Virus record (IMG/VR): IMGVR_UViG_3300008050_000020
Length of the DNA stretch: 64,000 bases
Source of the DNA: an uncultured virus (IMG/VR IMGVR_UViG_3300008050_000020)
Lineage: Duplodnaviria; Heunggongvirae; Uroviricota; Caudoviricetes
Strand: one strand, 5' to 3'
Under the pieces are notes generated by a model. The model did no database searches. It saw only the letters and a program-made list of their open reading frames with translations, and had not been told where the DNA came from. The translations under genes were made by a program, and so were the position numbers. Numbering within the stretch: the stretch's first letter is position 1; each line of letters starts with the position of its first letter. This document shows positions 56,810 through 64,000 of the stretch, one piece after another.

Positions 56810-57112
56810 ATGCAGTTCGATATGACCCGCCTCCTGGAACTTGCTGGCGTCCCCGTCGAAGAGGGCCAGGGCGTTCTGTCTGAAGGCAAGAAGGCAACTT
56901 CTGGCAAGAAGGCTGTAAACGAAGCCGCCGCTCGCGATACACTGGTAGAGACCAAGCTTCGTGCAGCCATTCGCAAGGAGATCTCCGCTATCCTCGAAGA
57001 CCTCGAGGCGAGTGGTGGTGATTCCAAGTGGATGCACAAAAGCATGGGCCAGCCCCAGAACAGTCAGAAGGGTCGTGTGACCCGCGGCTTCATGGGGCTC
57101 GGTTTCAAGTAA
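56810..57112 (+). CDS. Small protein with RLLELAGV and KLRAAIRKEI tags
   Basis: AAGGAG RBS; CATACGTA upstream. Confidence 0.7.
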   Translation: MQFDMTRLLELAGVPVEEGQGVLSEGKKATSGKKAVNEAAARDTLVETKLRAAIRKEISAILEDLEASGGDSKWMHKSMGQPQNSQKGRVTRGFMGLGFK

Positions 57113-57131
57113 GCCACCCCTGGAGAATTCC

Positions 57132-57317
57132 GTGAAGATCCACGACTCGCTCATCGAGCGCATCACTTCCCTTGCCGAAACTTACGGCGGCCACCGCGAT
57201 GAATGGCGGCTCAAGCAGGAGCTGAAGCGTCTCAACGTCGCCGTATACACCCGCGAGAGCGGCGAGCAGATTCTCGTCGACCAGAACGAGCTCGACAAGC
57301 ACACCCAGAAGCGATAA
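57132..57317 (+). CDS. Hypothetical protein
   Basis: GGAG RBS. Confidence 0.5.
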   Translation: MKIHDSLIERITSLAETYGGHRDEWRLKQELKRLNVAVYTRESGEQILVDQNELDKHTQKR

Positions 57318-57357
57318 GCATTCGGCTATCCGAATCCTTTAGCAACAGGGTGATGAT

Positions 57358-57864
57358 GTGAATGAAACGTACCAAGCCGGTGATGTTCTCTTTGTCCTTG
57401 ACGAGGAGCAACACCGCATCATTCCTGTGCAGGTCTTCTCCGTAACAGTTCGGAAGACCTTGCGCGGAGAAGAGCAGTTCTACGAGGTTGTCACGCCTGC
57501 AAAGCCTGACCGCCCTGTTTCTCTCGAAAAGATCAAGAGTCCCATCTATTCATCGCTTGATGTTTTGCATCAGGAGCTGCTTTCGAATGCGCAGACCGCG
57601 ATTGGAAAGATGGTCAGTCATGCTGCTGCAGTTACGCAGAAGGCCTTCAGTGTCGATGTAGTTGATTCTGATCCGCTCGACCCCATTGCTGCAGAGCCGG
57701 ATACGCTGCAGGCCGAAGCACCACAAACGCCGAAGCCAGTGATCAACGGAAGCACTATCACGCTGCCGGACGGCACAAAGCAGAGGATTGATCTGCCGGC
57801 TGTGGCGCTACTCGAGAAGCCAGTTTTGCCTGAAAGCGTGCAAAAAGCCGCAGCCGCAGGGTAG
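57358..57864 (+). CDS. Hypothetical protein
   Basis: ORF. Confidence 0.6.
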   Translation: MNETYQAGDVLFVLDEEQHRIIPVQVFSVTVRKTLRGEEQFYEVVTPAKPDRPVSLEKIKSPIYSSLDVLHQELLSNAQTAIGKMVSHAAAVTQKAFSVDVVDSDPLDPIAAEPDTLQAEAPQTPKPVINGSTITLPDGTKQRIDLPAVALLEKPVLPESVQKAAAAG

Positions 57865-58071
57865 AATATAGTTCTGGAGGCCCAGTGGGCTGCTTTGAAC
57901 TAGTGCTTATCGTCGTAGGCTTGGGAGCCTTTGCTTTGGCAAGGCGTCACCGATGACCCTCAGTGATCTCATTGCTGGGGGCTTCGTAGTATTTGGAATG
58001 GGCTACATCGGTGGAGTTCTCAGTCGACCCCTCCAGGGAAAGCTTCGCGACCTCTACATCAAGGTGTTCCT

Positions 58072-58932
58072 TTGAAAGTTCTGATTCTTGACGCCTATAA
58101 TCTGATGCACCGAGCTCGGTCCGGATTCCAGAAGGGCGACTGGCCCGTAGTTTACAATTTCTTCCGGAGTCTTCGACCCCTGGTTGGCAAGTTCAATCCA
58201 GACGTCATCTACTTCGTCCTCGAAGGTACACCCAAGCGCAACCTTGAACTCCTGCCGAACTACAAGGGCAGTCGAGCAGTTGATCCCGTCGTTGATCCCA
58301 AGAAGCATGAAGCCTTGGTCAACTTCCACCGACAGAAGGATGTCATTATCGAGCTGATGGAGAACTACCTTCCGGTGGTCTGCGTTCAGCACCCTGACTA
58401 CGAGGCAGATGATGTGATGGCTGAGCTCGCACATCAGCACGAGGGCGACAAGGTGGCTCTCGTGTCAGGTGACTCAGATATGCTCCAGGTACTCCAGGAG
58501 ACTTCTTGGGTTAAGCTTTGGCATCCCATCAAGAAGGAGTTCTTGAAGGCTCCAGATTACAACTACGTGACCTGGAAGGCCCTTCGTGGTGACTCCACGG
58601 ATGATATCCCTGGCATTCCTGGTGTGGGTGACGTTACGGCTACGAAGCTTGTCACTGAGCCGACTCTTATGGAAGCCCGATTTGCTCGGAGCCCCGGAGA
58701 CCGTGACATCTTCAAGCGAAACCTTGATCTTGTCCAGCTGCACCGGCTTGGCGACGACATGCTCACTCTGAACGTTCGACCAGGAATGATTGACTGGGAT
58801 GAGCTCAAGGAGGCATTTGCAAGCTTCGGCTTCAGGTCGATGCTTAAGGAGAAGACTTGGGAGAAGTACATTGCCACTTTCGAATGCGTTACTCAGATGC
58901 CGACCAAGGAAGAGTTGTTGAGCAATGAGTAG
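58072..58932 (+). CDS. 5'-3' exonuclease / flap endonuclease
   Basis: ILDAYNL, YK..R, YEADD, SGDSD..Q, LRGDSTDDIPGIPGVG. Confidence 0.92.
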   Translation: MKVLILDAYNLMHRARSGFQKGDWPVVYNFFRSLRPLVGKFNPDVIYFVLEGTPKRNLELLPNYKGSRAVDPVVDPKKHEALVNFHRQKDVIIELMENYLPVVCVQHPDYEADDVMAELAHQHEGDKVALVSGDSDMLQVLQETSWVKLWHPIKKEFLKAPDYNYVTWKALRGDSTDDIPGIPGVGDVTATKLVTEPTLMEARFARSPGDRDIFKRNLDLVQLHRLGDDMLTLNVRPGMIDWDELKEAFASFGFRSMLKEKTWEKYIATFECVTQMPTKEELLSNE

Positions 58933-59137
58933 TCTGATCGTCAAAAACCTGACTAAGTGTCCCGAGTGCAGCTGTGCCCCAGTCCGAGCAGTAGAATTTG
59001 CAAATGCATGGACAGAGTACGTGATTGAAGGAGACACCCTTCATCTAGCTGACGAGGGCGAAGAGTTTGTATTGACGCAGTTGACTTGCAAAGACGGCCA
59101 CAGCTGGCCTCTTCGTGTGTTGCAACATGAGCACTGA
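58925..59137 (+). CDS. Small Zn-ribbon-like protein
   Basis: CPEC..CKDGH. Confidence 0.5.
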   Translation: MSSLIVKNLTKCPECSCAPVRAVEFANAWTEYVIEGDTLHLADEGEEFVLTQLTCKDGHSWPLRVLQHEH

Positions 59138-59426
59138 GCTGACACCTGAGCTGCTGGCTAAGCTTCGTACAATCGGAGAGTCAACGCATCCCGACGACTG
59201 GTCGCTGGTCGAGGACGATGTTCTCCTAGCTTTGCTCAATGAGATCAAGCGTTTGCGTGAGCGGCCGCCTCTCCAGGTCATTGCATCAATGGCTCCCTCT
59301 CCTGAGCTTGATCAGTTCTACGGCCCTCCGTACACACCCAGCGAGCCCGAGTGCGATTATAGAGGTGCCCTAGCAGAATGTCACTCGCTGTACTGCCCTA
59401 AGCATGGAATTCCAAAGCCTGTGTAG
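59127..59426 (+). CDS. Hypothetical protein
   Basis: Overlapping ORF; C-terminal C..CH..YCPKH. Confidence 0.5.
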   Translation: MSTELTPELLAKLRTIGESTHPDDWSLVEDDVLLALLNEIKRLRERPPLQVIASMAPSPELDQFYGPPYTPSEPECDYRGALAECHSLYCPKHGIPKPV

Positions 59427-59488
59427 AGCAGCTGAGTCGTTTACAGCGCTGCTACTGAGAGTACGATTCGGGCATTGGAGGCATTGCC

Positions 59489-61281
<1,793 letters not shown>

Positions 61282-61293
61282 TAGAATAGCAAC

Positions 61294-62025
61294 ATGAAGC
61301 ATACGGTAATCTTCGGGGACGTCCACGGCGACGCCATTGAGCTTCGTAAATTCATTGATCGGGTCAAGTCGGTCTATGAAGATGTAACATTTCGAACGCT
61401 GGGCGACCTCATTGATCGAGGGCCTGACAGCAAAGAGGTGATCCAGATTTGCATCGACGAAGGCGTTCAGGGCGTCTTTGGTAATCACGAACTCTGGATG
61501 CGTGAGCTGATCAAGACTGGGAGACTGGACGAGTTTCCTCTGAGCTCGATTATGGGCGGCAAAGCCACGATGATCAGCTATGGAATCGACAAAGACATGT
61601 TTCACGGTCGTACTGGCGGGCACATCACCCGCAAGATCGGTGCAGTGTTGATGCAGGTTATGCCTGACTCTCATAAGGAGTTCTTTCTGAGTCTCAAGCG
61701 ATGGGACAAGGTTGCTGTTGATGATGAGGTGGCCTGGTTGACGCACAACTCGATCAAGCGCAACCAGATGATGTCAATGCTTTCGATGACTAAGTCTGAG
61801 GAGCTTGCACTCGACATGATTCCAGACTCTTCTCTGTGGCCCCCGACTAACCATTGGATGCCCGAGACACTTTACAAGCTCCCCGATGGATTTCAGGTGT
61901 TTGGCCATTCGCCTCAGGATGAAGCTGAGATTACCCCGGACTTTGTCTCGCTAGACACAGGTTGCGGAACATGCTTCCCATACAAGCTCTCAGGTCTGGT
62001 GCTCCCAGATTTGACGCTGGTATGA
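61294..62025 (+). CDS. PPP-family metallophosphoesterase (Ser/Thr phosphatase-like)
   Basis: GDVHG, GDLIDRGPDS, GNHE, FGH, LDTGC. Confidence 0.88.
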   Translation: MKHTVIFGDVHGDAIELRKFIDRVKSVYEDVTFRTLGDLIDRGPDSKEVIQICIDEGVQGVFGNHELWMRELIKTGRLDEFPLSSIMGGKATMISYGIDKDMFHGRTGGHITRKIGAVLMQVMPDSHKEFFLSLKRWDKVAVDDEVAWLTHNSIKRNQMMSMLSMTKSEELALDMIPDSSLWPPTNHWMPETLYKLPDGFQVFGHSPQDEAEITPDFVSLDTGCGTCFPYKLSGLVLPDLTLV

Positions 62026-62237
62026 GCGGCGCGAAGACACAAACTCGCAGCGAAGAAGAGCTAAGGGAGTTTGTTGAGGGCGTCATTAAGTCTGAATGGA
62101 CTAGCGAACAATTTCAAACGCTTTTTAGAGAATTCTTCTTTGGTGGCTACAGCACCTACGAAGACTACGTCAAGTACGGCGAAGCATTTGTCAACATTGA
62201 GATGAAGGAGGCACGGAGTGATGTTATGAATACCTGA
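62022..62237 (+). CDS. Hypothetical protein
   Basis: ATGA-coupled ORF. Confidence 0.5.
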   Translation: MSGAKTQTRSEEELREFVEGVIKSEWTSEQFQTLFREFFFGGYSTYEDYVKYGEAFVNIEMKEARSDVMNT

Positions 62238-62249
62238 CAAGGACATAAC

Positions 62250-62498
62250 ATGCCGCACGTTAACCACTCTCGTGGTGAGACGACTTCTTTTGTATTCCGC
62301 CGTGAACATGGTCGAATCACCCACAACACCTACCACAAGGGCAAGCGCGATTCCCACAAGGAGTGGAAGAGCCGCGGAAACCGATCCTACCGAACCCGCG
62401 TTCGGGCCTGGATGCACCGCGTAATAACGCTCGATGCTTGGTGGGACGAAATGCCTCCCATCGATCATGAAGTCCGAGATCTATGGGATCTCTCGTAA
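62250..62498 (+). CDS. Small basic hypothetical protein
   Basis: AAGGA RBS. Confidence 0.5.
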   Translation: MPHVNHSRGETTSFVFRREHGRITHNTYHKGKRDSHKEWKSRGNRSYRTRVRAWMHRVITLDAWWDEMPPIDHEVRDLWDLS

Positions 62499-62538
62499 TT
62501 CGGACAGACTGCTTGCAATCGCATAGTTAATCTTTGCT

Positions 62539-63435
62539 ATGAGCCTACTCCGAGAATACATTCAGAGCGTTTTGCTAGAAGCTCCGAAGTACAAGCCGTA
62601 TGCTTGGACTCCTTGGAGCGCCGAAGCGCAAGCCCACGAATACACGCCAGCTAGACCTGGCGTTGGCCCAGGTGAAGATCGACTCGCAGTCGAACTGAAC
62701 GGGACAGTGCAGGGAGGTTCGACTCCTTACGACATTGTCGACGACAAGGGCAACAAGTGGGAAGTCAAAGAGCCCACCAAGTCCTGGATGGTCCGAGTCG
62801 GCACCGAAGGTCGAACAGCAGTTGCCCAGACTCGAGCTGCCTTTGATCGTGTAAATCGCAAGCTGGTTGATGGTCTGTCTCGAATTTCGAAGGAAGGTCT
62901 CAGCTTAAGTGAGATTCTTTCTGACGAAGCTCTAACATTCATCGGGGCCTACGTCGAGAAAGACGTTCCCATGATCGCTAAGGGCGAGATTTCAAAGGGG
63001 CGACTCGCGCGCATGCATCAGGTGATGTCAATCATCCACGAGCTGATCAAAGACGAAAAGCCTGAGCCCATGCAAAAGTCGGTTGAGATGGGCGATGAAG
63101 ATCACAAGGTTAACGCGACAATCGACCTCAAGACTTACATCAAGCTTGGAAGCATTCTCAAGATCTCTCGAGACGAGCTGCAGGTCGACGACGGTGCAGT
63201 TCTAGCAGCCGCATTCACTGATCGGATCTTCCAGTCTGACCCTGACGAGTTCATGCGAAAGTACTGGTATGATGCCATCAAGGCATCAGATGTCTTCGGG
63301 CACACATCGGGTGTCGTCTTCGTCAATCCCGCAGGGTACAAGGTCGTGCCCATTGCAAACATTGACAAGGAACTCTCGTTCCAGCTCATTACGCAAGCCG
63401 TTCCGCAGTTCAAGGTCACTCGGGAGGCACAATGA
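62539..63435 (+). CDS. PD-(D/E)XK nuclease-like protein with MSLLREYIQSVLLE tag
   Basis: GPGE..PYDIV..KWEVK; CATAGTTA upstream. Confidence 0.6.
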   Translation: MSLLREYIQSVLLEAPKYKPYAWTPWSAEAQAHEYTPARPGVGPGEDRLAVELNGTVQGGSTPYDIVDDKGNKWEVKEPTKSWMVRVGTEGRTAVAQTRAAFDRVNRKLVDGLSRISKEGLSLSEILSDEALTFIGAYVEKDVPMIAKGEISKGRLARMHQVMSIIHELIKDEKPEPMQKSVEMGDEDHKVNATIDLKTYIKLGSILKISRDELQVDDGAVLAAAFTDRIFQSDPDEFMRKYWYDAIKASDVFGHTSGVVFVNPAGYKVVPIANIDKELSFQLITQAVPQFKVTREAQ

Positions 63436-63818
63436 GCGCTGAGACTCTTATCCGAGAAACTGTCAGAGTCCATCTTGCTGAGTTCAAGAGGATGAGTGAT
63501 CTGGTATCAGTGGTCGGCCGTCTAGAAGTTCGGACCGTCGGTGACAATTTGCCGACAGTTCCCGACATTTTGACTAACATGCGAGCTGAGCCCGGAATCG
63601 TTGTCGTCAAGCAGCTTGGTGCAATTCGGCGTGTCAAGCGAGGGCGAGAGCACCTTGACGTCGAGATCAAGTTCATGCCTGACAATGCAAATGCCAACGT
63701 GTTTTTGCAGAAGCTCGGCAAAACAGTAAAGGCGACACCAGGCATCGAGATCGTTGTCTTCTTGACAATGGACGGTCACCGCACGACCCAGGAAAGCGGT
63801 AAGCCCTGGGTGTTCTGA
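63432..63818 (+). CDS. Hypothetical protein with LIRETVRVHLAE tag
   Basis: GGAGG RBS; tag. Confidence 0.65.
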   Translation: MSAETLIRETVRVHLAEFKRMSDLVSVVGRLEVRTVGDNLPTVPDILTNMRAEPGIVVVKQLGAIRRVKRGREHLDVEIKFMPDNANANVFLQKLGKTVKATPGIEIVVFLTMDGHRTTQESGKPWVF

Positions 63819-64000
63819 TGGATCTTCTTCGTGCAACGGTGCGAGGTGTTCTTCAGGAGGCTCGTACGATTGTTCTGTACTCTCAGAATCGCAGCGATCT
63901 TGCGCTGGCACTCCAGTGGGTTCAGAACAATGGAAAGCTCCGATCTGCAGGCGAGATCGAGCAGCTCGACGATAAGACCTACCTGGTCCGGCTCCGCGCG
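63818..64000 (+). CDS. Partial protein with MDLLRATVRGVLQE tag (runs off window)
   Basis: TGATG-coupled start; open to window end. Confidence 0.65.
   Translation, partial: MDLLRATVRGVLQEARTIVLYSQNRSDLALALQWVQNNGKLRSAGEIEQLDDKTYLVRLRA

Noticed and set aside
62712..62730. tRNA T-arm-like GGTTCGACTCC
   Set aside because: Inside a CDS with no acceptor, D or anticodon arms.

Overview
A 64-kb, almost entirely plus-strand, densely packed segment of a large (jumbo-type) dsDNA bacteriophage genome; no rRNA, tRNA or CRISPR array was recognised. It encodes replication functions (DnaB-like helicase, DnaE-type polymerase, two 5'-3' exonucleases, Dam-like MTase), a large nucleotide-metabolism set (intein-containing class II RNR, thioredoxin, ThyX and a divergent ThyX paralogue, dUTPase/MazG-like enzymes, NDT-family protein, thymidine kinase, dCMP deaminase, kinase/TS-like fusion, two NDP-sugar epimerases), Fpg, NADAR plus macrodomain, CCA-adding enzyme and other nucleotidyltransferases, SOD-like protein, GroEL and a probable lysis trio. 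Main observations: (1) dnaE is broken into THREE genes joined by two different naturally split inteins, each with a free-standing endonuclease between its halves; (2) three more free-standing endonuclease cassettes sit inside fpg, a dNMP kinase and thyX and appear to supply a recoded replacement gene end, leaving the old end as an orphan fragment; (3) about 20 unrelated proteins share a short amphipathic terminal tag (e.g. LREYIxxxLxE / MKITxxxLRxIIxEE), and most sit behind a conserved TAnnTA motif, suggesting a late-expressed, capsid-targeted cargo set that includes nucleotidyltransferases and a nuclease; (4) the RNR gene has one in-frame TAG. All calls come from motifs read by eye; no database search was run.
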